Below are positions 20,171-30,144 of a stretch of DNA of 51,691 nucleotides, piece by piece. Origin of the DNA: Ignavibacteria bacterium (GTDB lineage: Bacteria; Bacteroidota; Ignavibacteria; Kapaibacteriales; Kapaibacteriaceae). The DNA lies in assembly GCA_947458785.1 (NCBI GenBank), contig CANGZU010000004.1:1-51691 (forward strand). Reading direction: 5' to 3'. The notes under the pieces were generated by a model. It ran no database searches. It saw nothing but the letters and a program-made list of their open reading frames with translations, and was not told the DNA's origin. Within the stretch, counting starts at the first letter, position 1, and each line of letters begins with the position of its first letter. Both the position numbers and the translations under genes were made by a program.

Positions 20171-21433
20171 ATGTCTACAATTCAACGACAGCGACGTGGC
20201 TGGTATCTCTACGACTTTGCCAACAGCGGCTTTAGCACGTCAGTGATCACGGTGTTTTTCGGACCGTATCTAACGATGCTTGCCATATCGATGACGGAGC
20301 GCACCGGACAGATGTCGTTTCTTGGTATGCATGTCCATCCCGGAGCGGTATACTCCTACTGCGTCTCGCTCTCGGTGCTACTTCAAGTAGCGATCATGCC
20401 GCTGCTTGGAAGCTACATTGATGCTACTCATCGCAAGCGGTTGTCCCTTCTGGTAACATCTTCGATTGGAGCCTGCGCAACAATCGGCATGTATGTCCTC
20501 GATGTTCAGCATCCGAACCCAATCGTTGTTGGCGCGATGTTGTTTGTTCTGGCAAATGTGGCTTTCGGTGCAAGTATCGTTGCCTCGAATTCATTTCTCA
20601 ACGACCTAGCAGCGCCGAGTGAACGAGATACCGTCTCATCGCGAGGATGGGCACTAGGATATCTTGGCGGTGGACTGCTACTGGTGATCCACCTGTACAT
20701 GTATTCGCAATGGCCTGATTCAATCAATGTTATACTGGCAAGCACTGGACTCTGGTGGCTTGTTTTCTCGATTGCATCGGTAGCTCTGCTCAAGGATCCA
20801 CCAGCCCCTTCACAGCGCCGGCGTACAGGTATCATCCGTCAGGCATGGACATCACTCAAGGGGCTTAGAGAACATCCAAGTGCTTTTCGCTTTCTGATCG
20901 CCTATCTCATCTATAACGAGACTGTTCAGACTGCTATTTCGATGGCCAGTATCTACGGTAAAATGGAAATGCGCGTGGGCGACGATGTCCTCATTCTCGG
21001 GATTCTGTTGGTTCAGTTTGTTGCGTTGTTCGGTGCGCTTCTGTTCAACAGAATAGCAAGCCTTCTGGGCACACTTAATGCGATCCTCATTTCGATAGCT
21101 GGTTGGGCATTTGCACTAGGAGCGGCGCTCGTGATACCACCGTCGGATGCCAGCTTCTATGGTTTAGCTGTAACCATTGCCGTTGTGCTTGGAGGCATTC
21201 AAGCGCTGAGCAGGTCATACTTCTCCACGCTGATTCCTGAAGGTACAGAAGCAGAGTATTTTGCTTTGTATGAAATCAGTGATAAGGGCACTTCGTGGAT
21301 TGGCCCGCTGCTCTTTGGCGTAGTTGTATCAGTGACCGCCAGTTACCGACTTGCGCTCGCTTCGTTGGCCATTTTTCTCGTTGTTGGAGCGCTGTTGCTT
21401 CTACAAACAAAACGGCGTGGGCTCGTTTCCTGA
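20171..21433 (+). CDS. MFS transporter (UMF1/Atg22-like)
   Basis: WYLYDFANS, SSRGWALGYLGG and QALSRS motifs; about 12 hydrophobic segments. Confidence 0.88.
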   Translation: MSTIQRQRRGWYLYDFANSGFSTSVITVFFGPYLTMLAISMTERTGQMSFLGMHVHPGAVYSYCVSLSVLLQVAIMPLLGSYIDATHRKRLSLLVTSSIGACATIGMYVLDVQHPNPIVVGAMLFVLANVAFGASIVASNSFLNDLAAPSERDTVSSRGWALGYLGGGLLLVIHLYMYSQWPDSINVILASTGLWWLVFSIASVALLKDPPAPSQRRRTGIIRQAWTSLKGLREHPSAFRFLIAYLIYNETVQTAISMASIYGKMEMRVGDDVLILGILLVQFVALFGALLFNRIASLLGTLNAILISIAGWAFALGAALVIPPSDASFYGLAVTIAVVLGGIQALSRSYFSTLIPEGTEAEYFALYEISDKGTSWIGPLLFGVVVSVTASYRLALASLAIFLVVGALLLLQTKRRGLVS

Positions 21434-21478
21434 ACCCACGCCGCATGATACTAGTCGGTACCTGTTTTGACGTATATG

Positions 21479-22792
21479 CTAGTCCATGATCTTTCGAAGG
21501 AAGGCCGGCTGATTACCCGCAGCTACTTTCTTTGCAGGTACTGCCATTGACGACGCATCCTGATTCGTTGAGATCGTTACGCTCGCGGGAGTAGGCGGAT
21601 CCACACGCGGTGTACCCGCGGACATTCCTCCCTGACGCTGTTCCTGTTCACGCTGACGCCTGATGTATGCCGGTACATTGAGGTCGGTCATATCAATGTC
21701 TGTTTGGGGCGTCGGCGCAAGAGCCGGTGTTGAGCTTGATGGACGAGCTACGTCTAACGATATCTCCTGCTCAGGCTGCGTGCGGACGATTTCAATCGTT
21801 GGAACAGAGATTTGCAGCTTTCTTTCTTCTTGTCTGCGGAACCCTGTTGCCACGACGGTGATGGCGAGCTCGTCTTCCATGCGCTCATCGACAACGACAC
21901 CATGAATCAGGTTCACCTCGTCACCGGCGGCCTTCTCAATAGCTGAGACAGCCTCGCTCACTTCAAACATGGTAAGGGTGTTGCCGCCTGTGATGTTTAC
22001 AAGCAAGCCCTGTGCACCATAAATGGACATGCCCTCAAGAATCGGAGAATTGAGTGCGTTCTGAGCTGCCTCGATCGCACGATGTTCACCGCTAGCTACC
22101 CCGATGCCCATCAAGGCATCCCCCATTCCACTCATTACTGTACGAACATCTGCAAAGTCAACGTTGACGTAACCGACTCCTGAGATGATATCGGCTATTC
22201 CCTTCGTGGCATTGTAAAGAACTGTATCAACCATAGCAAGCGCATCAGCAAACGTCACATTCTTATCGACTACGCTCAGGATTCGCTCGTTCGGGATCAC
22301 GATCAATGCGTCGACGTTCTCGCGCAGCTCTTTGATACCGTTTTCAGCCACCTGCATGCGTCGCTTCGACTCATAGCCAAACGGCTTTGTAACGATGCCA
22401 ACAACGAGAGCACCCATCTCACGGCCCACACGTGCGATCACGGGTGCCGCTCCGGTGCCAGTGCCACCACCCATGCCCGCAGTTACAAAGATCATGTCGC
22501 TTCCAGCAAGAGCGTCATGTACCTCCTCGATGCTCTCTTCAACTGCAGCACGACCCTTCTTCGGATCGGCACCAGCACCGAGACCACGAGTAACATCCTT
22601 GCCAAGCTGAAGCTTGATACCTGCAGGGTTGTTCATGAGGGCTTGACGATCGGTGTTTGCTGCTACAAACTCAACCCCGTCCAAGCCGCGTGAGATCATT
22701 GTTTTGACGGCATTACCACCGCCACCGCCGACTCCGACCACGCGTAAACGTGCATCGGACATCAGCGAAGATGTATCCAATTCGATTGCCAT
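21479..22792 (-). CDS. ftsZ: Cell division protein FtsZ
   Basis: GGGGGN, GGGTGTG, NVDFAD and a C-terminal PAFLRK peptide. Confidence 0.99.
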   Translation of the reverse strand: MAIELDTSSLMSDARLRVVGVGGGGGNAVKTMISRGLDGVEFVAANTDRQALMNNPAGIKLQLGKDVTRGLGAGADPKKGRAAVEESIEEVHDALAGSDMIFVTAGMGGGTGTGAAPVIARVGREMGALVVGIVTKPFGYESKRRMQVAENGIKELRENVDALIVIPNERILSVVDKNVTFADALAMVDTVLYNATKGIADIISGVGYVNVDFADVRTVMSGMGDALMGIGVASGEHRAIEAAQNALNSPILEGMSIYGAQGLLVNITGGNTLTMFEVSEAVSAIEKAAGDEVNLIHGVVVDERMEDELAITVVATGFRRQEERKLQISVPTIEIVRTQPEQEISLDVARPSSSTPALAPTPQTDIDMTDLNVPAYIRRQREQEQRQGGMSAGTPRVDPPTPASVTISTNQDASSMAVPAKKVAAGNQPAFLRKIMD

Positions 22793-22834
22793 TATTCCCC
22801 CCGGAATACAGTCGTGATCTTCAAATTACGTGAA

Positions 22835-24142
22835 TTAGAAGTTCTCAAACCAGTCTTTGACTCGATTTAGTAAACCTCTTTTTTCCACATGAATCTCTTC
22901 TGTGGTATTCGTGGATTGAGGAGGCGCTACTGTTGATAAAACCTGTGCAGTGATCGTGCTTTGCTGAGGTGTTGAGCTCTTCGCAAACTCTTGCTCATGA
23001 TCAATGCTGTAGAGTGCTAGGCCGATCGCTGTTGCATGTGATGGCGTGGTGACCTCGCGTGCAAATCCCTCTGAGCCGAATCCACGTGGAAGTCCTTTAT
23101 TCACCGGTAGTCGGAAGGTTCGCTGAGCAAGCATCTCAGAGCCATAGAGATCTGATGAGCCACCCGTGATGACAATACCTGCAGCAAGTTGATGCGACAG
23201 ACCGCTTTCGTGAATACGCGCTAGGACGAAGTCGTAGATCTCTTCCATGCGGGGCTCAATGACCTGGCAAAGGATGGACTTCGAAAGATCCGTTGGTGTA
23301 CGACCACCAACACCTGGTACCTGAAAATGCTCGTCACGCAGAATACTATCGGCAATGGCATGGCCGTATTGGACCTTGATCGACTCTGCATCTGCATTAC
23401 GAATACCAAGCACTGTTACAATGTCATCCGTCACACGTTGGCCTGCAATTCCAATGACACTTACGAAACGCAACACGTTGTCTTTGAAGATTGCCATGTC
23501 AGTTGTTCCGCCACCGATGTCAACAACAGCAACACCAACCTCTTTCTCTGCCTCATCGAGCACAGCAAGTGAGCTAGCCATTGACTGAAGCACGACGGCA
23601 TCAACATGAAGACCGGCGCGCTCGGCGCACTTGTGAACATTCTCCACTGCTGATGACGATGCTGTAATTACAAGGGCATTTGCCTCCAGACGACGTCCAC
23701 TCATACCAAGAGGGTCGCTAATGCCGTCCTGCCCATCAATGATGTAGTCCTGCGGAATCACATGCAGGATGCGTCGATCGGGTGTTACATGAACCTGATG
23801 CAGCTCGTCACGCAGTCGCTTGACATCGTCTTCTGTTATCTCCGAGGTGCGTGTAGTAACAATGCCACGGGTGTAGAATGTTGATACGTGTTCGCCACTG
23901 ACACCAATAACAACACGTGCAAGCTTATATCCACTTTGCTGTTCGGCTCGCTCGATAGCAACCTTGATTGCCTCGGCAGTCTTGTTGATGTTACTGACGA
24001 CTCCCCGCTTGAGTCCGTCACAATCTGCAACACCATTACCGATAATCTCAACCGATTTGCGAACTGGATCGAATGCTGCCACAACAACACAAACCTTGGT
24101 CGTGCCGATATCCAGCCCTACGTGAATCTCTTGAGCACTCAT
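22835..24142 (-). CDS. ftsA: Cell division protein FtsA
   Basis: GLDIGTTK and DIGGGTTD motifs, amphipathic C-terminal helix, directly upstream of ftsZ. Confidence 0.97.
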   Translation of the reverse strand: MSAQEIHVGLDIGTTKVCVVVAAFDPVRKSVEIIGNGVADCDGLKRGVVSNINKTAEAIKVAIERAEQQSGYKLARVVIGVSGEHVSTFYTRGIVTTRTSEITEDDVKRLRDELHQVHVTPDRRILHVIPQDYIIDGQDGISDPLGMSGRRLEANALVITASSSAVENVHKCAERAGLHVDAVVLQSMASSLAVLDEAEKEVGVAVVDIGGGTTDMAIFKDNVLRFVSVIGIAGQRVTDDIVTVLGIRNADAESIKVQYGHAIADSILRDEHFQVPGVGGRTPTDLSKSILCQVIEPRMEEIYDFVLARIHESGLSHQLAAGIVITGGSSDLYGSEMLAQRTFRLPVNKGLPRGFGSEGFAREVTTPSHATAIGLALYSIDHEQEFAKSSTPQQSTITAQVLSTVAPPQSTNTTEEIHVEKRGLLNRVKDWFENF

Positions 24143-24951
24143 GCAGAGCCCCCTGGAATGCTAGCTTGTTGATGGTAGCGCAACACGACCTGATGATGCC
24201 AGCGAAGATCAACCTCGCGTACACTTGCCATGTTGATGGTGTTGGCAGCTTCCCGCCAGAATACATTCATGTCTGTCAATGCCTGCTGAATCCGATCAGG
24301 ATTTAAGGCACCTAGATTCCATCGCGTTTCGTCTGTGATCACTGCAACAGTCGAGCGTGCCCTATCGACAGCTACCTCGGAAATTGACTGGTATAGACGC
24401 CCGTCAAGCACTCTCGACGCATTAACAAGGATGGCAGCAACCCGGGCAACATCGGACGAGGTAAGCCTGCTGCCATCATGCGACCGCAGGACCGGAACAT
24501 TGTGTGCCGTGCGCTCATGTGCAAGTGGAAGAATTGTACCGTGCTGATCAACATAGCGAAGCGTACCGTCCTCATACAACACATGTGCAATGGGCAAGCG
24601 TTCATCCACGAGCACAGTGATCTCACGGACACCGGAGAAGTACACCGAGGCATTGCGAACATAGGGAAGAGCCTCTACCTGTGCTCGTATAGAGGCCAGC
24701 GATAAAGACTTGATGCTGCGGAAGCGCAGTGAATCAACAGATCTCTGCACGGCGATACGACTCAAACCTGTGGCACCCTCGATAGCGATGCTTGAAATCT
24801 TCTGCCGCTCGTGCCACTGGGCAGACATGAATGCCAAGAACACCACGCTCAACAGGGCTATGACAAGCCCCGAGGAACGCTTGCCCTCATGTGCGACATG
24901 CTTTGATTCTTGACGTTTTCGTGCCACCACTTCCTCAACCGCGAAACGCAC
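24139..24951 (-). CDS. ftsQ: Cell division protein FtsQ/DivIB
   Basis: Single TM segment, POTRA-like region, ERLPIA and VDLRW motifs; upstream of ftsA; start uncertain (GTG). Confidence 0.85.
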   Translation of the reverse strand: MRFAVEEVVARKRQESKHVAHEGKRSSGLVIALLSVVFLAFMSAQWHERQKISSIAIEGATGLSRIAVQRSVDSLRFRSIKSLSLASIRAQVEALPYVRNASVYFSGVREITVLVDERLPIAHVLYEDGTLRYVDQHGTILPLAHERTAHNVPVLRSHDGSRLTSSDVARVAAILVNASRVLDGRLYQSISEVAVDRARSTVAVITDETRWNLGALNPDRIQQALTDMNVFWREAANTINMASVREVDLRWHHQVVLRYHQQASIPGGSA

Positions 24952-25061
24952 ACGTTATCAACATGTGTGCAAAAGCTTCAGCATCTGGGTCGTAAACTCA
25001 TTGAGCCGTTTCACGAAAAACTAGCTTACTAACACATATTATCAAGGAGTTACAACTTCGG

Positions 25062-25092
25062 CAAAAGTATAGTATAGAAACGCAAAACGCAA
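25062..25092 (-). promoter_or_regulatory. Bacteroidota-type promoter for ftsQAZ
   Basis: TACTTTTG (-7) at 25069-25062 with TTG (-33) 20 nt upstream on the minus strand. Confidence 0.55.
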
Positions 25093-25130
25093 GTGGAAAT
25101 CATGGGGCAGCAGACGGCAGTGCACACACG

Positions 25131-25151
25131 ATTTCCACACTGTGTGGATAG
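25131..25151. promoter_or_regulatory. Palindrome of two near-consensus DnaA boxes upstream of ftsQAZ
   Basis: ATTTCCACA-ctg-TGTGGATAG; core TCCACAC-T-GTGTGGA is a perfect inverted repeat. Confidence 0.4.
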
Positions 25152-25173
25152 TGGTACGGGGCTTCATGGCGAG

Positions 25174-25968
25174 TTAGCTCAATGATTTCGTCCTGCCTCC
25201 GTCGACCATGATACTAGTCCCGGTAATGTAGCCGGCGGATGGGGAAGCCAGGAACGCAACGGCATTTGCTATCTCAGAGGGCTGTGCAAAGCGGCCCATC
25301 GGAATCTCTGCAAGCATGTTGCTCCGGGCTTCAGACTCTGATACTCCGCGCACATTCGCTTGCTTGGTGATGATGGCTTCTAATCGCTCGGTTTCTGTTG
25401 CACCAGGTAGAACATTATTCACGGTGATATGACGAGCGGCGAGTTCTGTTGCCAGGGTCTTTGACCAGCTAGCCATTGCTCCACGAATCGTATTACTCAC
25501 ACCTAATCCATCGATTGGCTGCTTGACGGACGTAGAGATGATGTTGATAACGCGGCCATACTGGTCGGACGTCATTCCAGGAGTTAGAATTTTGATTAAG
25601 CGCTGCGCCGTAAGGATATGCTGCACAAAGGCTTCCATCAAGCTGTCGACTGTGCTGTCGATCAACTTCCCTGCCGCTGGTCCAGCCGTGTTATTCACAA
25701 GAATGTGAAAGGAGCCATGTTTTTCCACATGGTTATTCACCGCTTGAATAAGCTCAAAGTCTTGAGTTGCATCAACCGCCAACGCATAATGGACCTGCCC
25801 TGCGTGGATGACGGGAAGTGTGGTTCTGACGTGCTCAAGCTGCTCAGCTGAGCGAGCAAGCACGGTAACGGAAGCCCCATTGGCGGCAAGCTCCATTGCC
25901 GTGGCCTTGCCAATGCCTCGGGAGGCCCCACAAACAAGTGCTCGTTTTCCAGTCAGATTCAGATCCAT
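25174..25968 (-). CDS. Atypical SDR family oxidoreductase
   Basis: GASRGIG and NNTAG motifs; SNTIR occupies the usual YxxxK position. Confidence 0.9.
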   Translation of the reverse strand: MDLNLTGKRALVCGASRGIGKATAMELAANGASVTVLARSAEQLEHVRTTLPVIHAGQVHYALAVDATQDFELIQAVNNHVEKHGSFHILVNNTAGPAAGKLIDSTVDSLMEAFVQHILTAQRLIKILTPGMTSDQYGRVINIISTSVKQPIDGLGVSNTIRGAMASWSKTLATELAARHITVNNVLPGATETERLEAIITKQANVRGVSESEARSNMLAEIPMGRFAQPSEIANAVAFLASPSAGYITGTSIMVDGGRTKSLS

Positions 25969-26032
25969 GAGGTGTTCCCTTCAGTTTGTAGCTTTGTCGT
26001 TTCTACGAAACTACAATCCTACGGGAAGGAAT

Positions 26033-26557
26033 ATGGCGATTCTACCACCTTTCAACCTGCAATCGTGGATCGACGAGCACCGCGATCTCCTGAAACCTCC
26101 TGTTGGTAATGCTACGATCTACCAGGACACGGAATTCATTGTGATGATCGTTGGGGGTCCAAACTCGCGCAAGGATTACCACTACAACGAAGGTGAAGAG
26201 CTGTTTTATCAGATCGAAGGCGACATTACTGTCAAGATCATCGATGATGGACAGCCCAAAGACATCCATATCAAGCAGGGCGAAATGTTCTTGCTTCCCC
26301 CGCGGGTTCCTCATTCTCCTCAGCGCTCTGCCAACACGGTTGGATTGGTCATCGAGCGCAAGCGTCGCGACGGCGAACTTGACGCTTTCATGTGGTTCTG
26401 CGAATCCTGCGGGACGAAGCTTCATGAGAAGTTTTTGCCACTGACGAACATCGTAACCGACCTGCCGAAGGTCTTTGAAGAGTACTACGGAAGTGAAACA
26501 AGCCGCACATGTTCAAGTTGCGGTGCCGTGATGCAGCCCCCTGTTAAGCTTGCCTAA
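26033..26557 (+). CDS. nbaC: 3-hydroxyanthranilate 3,4-dioxygenase
   Basis: LKPPVGN, GGPNSRKDYH and PHSPQR motifs with two C-terminal CxxC (rubredoxin-like site). Confidence 0.96.
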   Translation: MAILPPFNLQSWIDEHRDLLKPPVGNATIYQDTEFIVMIVGGPNSRKDYHYNEGEELFYQIEGDITVKIIDDGQPKDIHIKQGEMFLLPPRVPHSPQRSANTVGLVIERKRRDGELDAFMWFCESCGTKLHEKFLPLTNIVTDLPKVFEEYYGSETSRTCSSCGAVMQPPVKLA

Positions 26558-26564
26558 TCCCACA

Positions 26565-27587
26565 ATGAAAATCGACTGTCACGCACATATCCTACCTAAG
26601 TCATGGCCATCACTCAAAGAGAAGTTTGGCTATGGAGGTTTTATAACACTAGACCACCACACGGCCGGAAGTGCACGCATGATGCGCGACGACGGGGTGT
26701 TCTTTCGCGAGATTGATGAGAACTGTTGGAACCCAGAGGCCATCCTTCGAGACATGGATGCCCATGGGGTGGATGTCATGGTGCTCTGCACTGTGCCAGT
26801 GCTCTTCTCCTACTGGGCGCAGCCAGAGCACACTCTTGAATGGTCGCAGTTTCTCAACGACCACCTTGCTGGTGTCGTTAGCGCCTACCCCAAGCGGTTC
26901 GTCGGACTCGGCACATTGCCCATGCAGGATGTGACTCTTGCGTGCGAAGAACTTCGTCGCGTTGTTCTTGAACTTGGCATGCCTGGCGTAGAGATTGGTT
27001 CCAACATCAATGGCATGAACCTTGACGACGCTTCCCTTGATCCATTTTGGCGTGAAGCCGAACGACTAGGTGCAGCCATATTTGTTCACCCATGGGAGAT
27101 GATGGGTGCAGATCGCACATCGCGGTACTTCCAACAATGGCTCGTTGGTATGCCCGCTGAAACCACTCTTGCTGCAACCTCAATGATGTTTGGCGGCGTA
27201 TTCGACCGCTTCCCCAAGCTCCGCGTGATGTTCTCTCATGCAGGGGGCTCTTTGCCGTTTACCATCGGCAGAATCTCGCACGGCTATCATGCCAGACCAG
27301 ATCTCTGCAACGTTAACAATGTCCAAGACCCGCGCTCGTATGTGGGGAAGTTTTGGGTGGACGGAATTACACACGACGCCGATGCGCTGCGATTCCTCAT
27401 CAAACTCATGGGAGCTGAGAAGATTGCCTATGGAACAGATTACCCGTTTCCACTGGGCGACCTCGAGCATGGCAGGTTCATCGAAGACATGACCGATCTT
27501 GATGCAGCGACGAAAGAACGACTCTTTTCTACGTCTGTGTGCGAATTTCTTGGAATTGATGTTCGGAAATTTCAGCCGACTGCGTAA
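26565..27587 (+). CDS. nbaD: 2-amino-3-carboxymuconate-6-semialdehyde decarboxylase (ACMSD)
   Basis: DCHAH, FVHPW, WLVGMPAET, HAGG and GTDYPFPLG motifs; adjacent to nbaC. Confidence 0.92.
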   Translation: MKIDCHAHILPKSWPSLKEKFGYGGFITLDHHTAGSARMMRDDGVFFREIDENCWNPEAILRDMDAHGVDVMVLCTVPVLFSYWAQPEHTLEWSQFLNDHLAGVVSAYPKRFVGLGTLPMQDVTLACEELRRVVLELGMPGVEIGSNINGMNLDDASLDPFWREAERLGAAIFVHPWEMMGADRTSRYFQQWLVGMPAETTLAATSMMFGGVFDRFPKLRVMFSHAGGSLPFTIGRISHGYHARPDLCNVNNVQDPRSYVGKFWVDGITHDADALRFLIKLMGAEKIAYGTDYPFPLGDLEHGRFIEDMTDLDAATKERLFSTSVCEFLGIDVRKFQPTA

Positions 27588-27608
27588 ATTCGTACTCGCT
27601 CTCGCGAC

Positions 27609-27690
27609 GGAGGGCTCGCATAATGGTATTGCAGCTGTCTTGAAAACAGCCGGGAGAGATCCTGTGGGGGTTCGAGTCCCTCGCCCTCCG
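27609..27690 (+). tRNA. tRNA-Ser (anticodon TGA), CCA not encoded
   Basis: Acceptor stem GGAGGGC/GCCCTCC, anticodon arm GCTGT-CTTGAAA-ACAGC, long variable arm, GTTCGAGT T-loop, discriminator G. Confidence 0.95.
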
Positions 27691-27764
27691 CTCCGTCCTG
27701 AAGATTCACCACATTCTTTCATTCACGAAGGCACGGACGTCCTGTTCGTGCAGGAGCGACCAAC

Positions 27765-28535
27765 ATGAAGCGTATAGCAGCCCTTGCTATCCTTGCTGGC
27801 GCAGTTCTCACCTCTTGCGGTGACGACGCCACAACACCTGAACCAACCAATGAAACATACGTTGCAGCATCTGGAAGCTACATGCTTCACCAGAACACCG
27901 AGCTTGCAATTGATACAGCCACGAAGGCCGTTTCGGAAACTCCGGCCCCTTCAGACAGCACAGTTGCTGGTGCAGTTGTAACCTATAACGGCAAGTCAGC
28001 CACACCGTTCTACGCCTTTGTTGGTGGCGTTGCATTCGATACCACTTACTATTATCAGGACGGCGCAGCGCTGTACACATCCATTCCGCTTTCCTACGAC
28101 ATCGGCGGCATCCCGTTGGATCTCGGCTCGAAGTGGGCAAAGATTATGGATCAGGGCGCTACAACCTGGACAGCTCTCACGGACTCAATCGCTCCGATCG
28201 ATCTTCCAATCGGTGGGTACAAGCTTTCTGCAAAGCTCAACTTCACAGGACAGTCACTTGGATCAGAGAACGTAACGATCAACGGTGTAACCTTGGCAAC
28301 AAAGAAGGTACAAGTTGACCTCAATGCACGCCTCTATGCAATGGCAGGGCCGACAGCTCTGCCAGTTGATGTGAACCTGAAGGTCATGTATTGGCTCGCC
28401 GACAAGGTTGGTCTGGTGAAGCGCGAACAGCCGGCAGCGATTGTCAACCTCGGTCTTCTCGGCCAATTGATGGGCTCGCCAATCCAAGCAGTCCCTGGTA
28501 TTCGCCAAGTAACAACCAAGTACGAGATCAAGTAA
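27765..28535 (+). CDS. Hypothetical lipoprotein
   Basis: Lipobox LTSC followed by acidic GDD; AGGAG upstream; beta-rich body. Confidence 0.8.
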   Translation: MKRIAALAILAGAVLTSCGDDATTPEPTNETYVAASGSYMLHQNTELAIDTATKAVSETPAPSDSTVAGAVVTYNGKSATPFYAFVGGVAFDTTYYYQDGAALYTSIPLSYDIGGIPLDLGSKWAKIMDQGATTWTALTDSIAPIDLPIGGYKLSAKLNFTGQSLGSENVTINGVTLATKKVQVDLNARLYAMAGPTALPVDVNLKVMYWLADKVGLVKREQPAAIVNLGLLGQLMGSPIQAVPGIRQVTTKYEIK

Positions 28536-28560
28536 CGCGATCTCTCCTCGAAGAAAACAC

Positions 28561-28594
28561 AACGGGCATCATCAATATCGATGATGCCCGTTTT
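28561..28594. terminator. Intrinsic terminator between convergent genes
   Basis: 13-bp stem AACGGGCATCATC/GATGATGCCCGTT with a 6-nt loop and T-rich tail. Confidence 0.75.
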
Positions 28595-28626
28595 CGTTTC
28601 GGCTAATCTGCAGGTTGGTGGGCCGA

Positions 28627-29472
28627 CTAAGGTCTCTCTCGTCCAACATGAGGCAACAGCCACAAGACAGACGCCCCCTGTTGTTCACTTGTATTGCGCA
28701 CAAAGATCATGTCACCATCACGGGTCACTACGGCGTCTGTTTCGTTAAGGTGGGAGTTCACCTGTTCCACCGGCACTGGATCTTGCCAAGCCCCATTGCG
28801 ATAGACAGACAAGAACACATCCATTCCGCCCTGACCTCCGAATCCATCCGAGCTAAACAGAAGCGTATCGTTTGCAACGAAATGCGGCGTAGTTTCAGCT
28901 AGCGGAGTGTTGATGGACCCACCGCAGTGCTGTGGCGTTGACCACGAGTTATCTGAGAGTCGCTCTACATACCAAAGGTCCGTCTGCCCTACCGTCCCCA
29001 GACGATTTGAGCTAAACACGATTCGCGACCCATCGGGTGATATTGTTGGGAACGAGGCGTAACTCTCGGAACGGACACTCTCTACCGGATCCCCGATCAC
29101 GATTGCATTCTCTTCGAGAAAGACCCGTACGATGTTTGCATGTCGCTGCCGTGCACCCATGAAGTAGGCAACGCCATAGGCCTCCCCGCTCTCCGAGATT
29201 GTAATGCAACCGAGACCTCGAGCCGCCGCTGACTCCTGCACACGCATTTGAGCAGGTGGAGTGCTGAATCCACTTGTAGCAAAAATCATCGGCCCATTGG
29301 CACCATCCATCGTGATGAGCCAGCGCTGATGTACTCTATCAAAACATGGAGCATACATTGCTGCATCAGCACGCCACGCGTTTAGCACTTGCGGCTGGAC
29401 TGATGTGGTGTCACCATCGAACGCTTGTGGCAATCCAGCCACGGCAAGCGCTAGTAGCGTATGCAGCATCAT
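28627..29472 (-). CDS. PD40 (WD40-like beta-propeller) repeat protein
   Basis: PTISPDGSRIVFSSNR, INTPLAETTP and FSSDGFGGQGGMDVF motifs; possible signal peptide. Confidence 0.8.
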   Translation of the reverse strand: MMLHTLLALAVAGLPQAFDGDTTSVQPQVLNAWRADAAMYAPCFDRVHQRWLITMDGANGPMIFATSGFSTPPAQMRVQESAAARGLGCITISESGEAYGVAYFMGARQRHANIVRVFLEENAIVIGDPVESVRSESYASFPTISPDGSRIVFSSNRLGTVGQTDLWYVERLSDNSWSTPQHCGGSINTPLAETTPHFVANDTLLFSSDGFGGQGGMDVFLSVYRNGAWQDPVPVEQVNSHLNETDAVVTRDGDMIFVRNTSEQQGASVLWLLPHVGRERP

Positions 29473-30134
29473 ACACCTCGTGTCTCAGGAGGCCAGACGA
29501 ACTTGTGCATCTGCAGCTGGAATCGGACGTTGAGATGATCGGCTAAAATCCACAACACGAGATCGACAAACTGCAAACTCCCGAACACACACGAGAGCAG
29601 CACGGCACCAACATTTTTCTCAAGGTTGTACTGTCGAACGATGTCTCGCGCAAACTCATAGTCACCGCGCGAGGCAATGACGAACTTGGCCTCATCCTTT
29701 GCTTGCAGAAGCGGAAGATTTTCAAGCTTATTAAGGGTCGACATTTTCGAATCTGGGCATTTTACATCCATGATGATGACAACCCTGGCGTCAACGTAAC
29801 TCACATCAACATGTCCGCCGGTCTCTACGGCTACGGTGTAGCCTCGATCACAAAGCTGACTCATAATCTCAAAAACGGCTTCTTGTTCAAGGGGCTCGCC
29901 ACCAGTAAACTCGATGAAGGAGCATTGATGCTCTTCTGCATAGGACACGATGTCTTCGACTGACATAGCAAGCCCCTTCTGACGATGATCCAGCGCATAT
30001 GGCGTATCGCACCAGACACAGCGCAGCTTGCACCCCTGCAATCGGATAAAGACACATGGCATTCCAGCTCTGGTGCCCTCTCCCTGGATAGAGTAGAATA
30101 CTTCGTTGACGTTGACAATCTGCTGATGGGTCAT
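29469..30134 (-). CDS. queE: 7-carboxy-7-deazaguanine synthase (radical SAM)
   Basis: FYSIQGEG, CKLRCVWCDT, TGGEPL and QLQMHK motifs. Confidence 0.93.
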   Translation of the reverse strand: MTHQQIVNVNEVFYSIQGEGTRAGMPCVFIRLQGCKLRCVWCDTPYALDHRQKGLAMSVEDIVSYAEEHQCSFIEFTGGEPLEQEAVFEIMSQLCDRGYTVAVETGGHVDVSYVDARVVIIMDVKCPDSKMSTLNKLENLPLLQAKDEAKFVIASRGDYEFARDIVRQYNLEKNVGAVLLSCVFGSLQFVDLVLWILADHLNVRFQLQMHKFVWPPETRGV

Positions 30135-30144
30135 GGCAACAAAA

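Noticed and set aside
27499-27768. ORFs spanning the tRNA
   Set aside because: Spurious; they overlap a well-formed tRNA and the ACMSD 3' end
27609-28600. Genomic island integrated at tRNA-Ser
   Set aside because: No integrase, no duplicated tRNA 3' end noticed, and housekeeping genes resume within 2 kb
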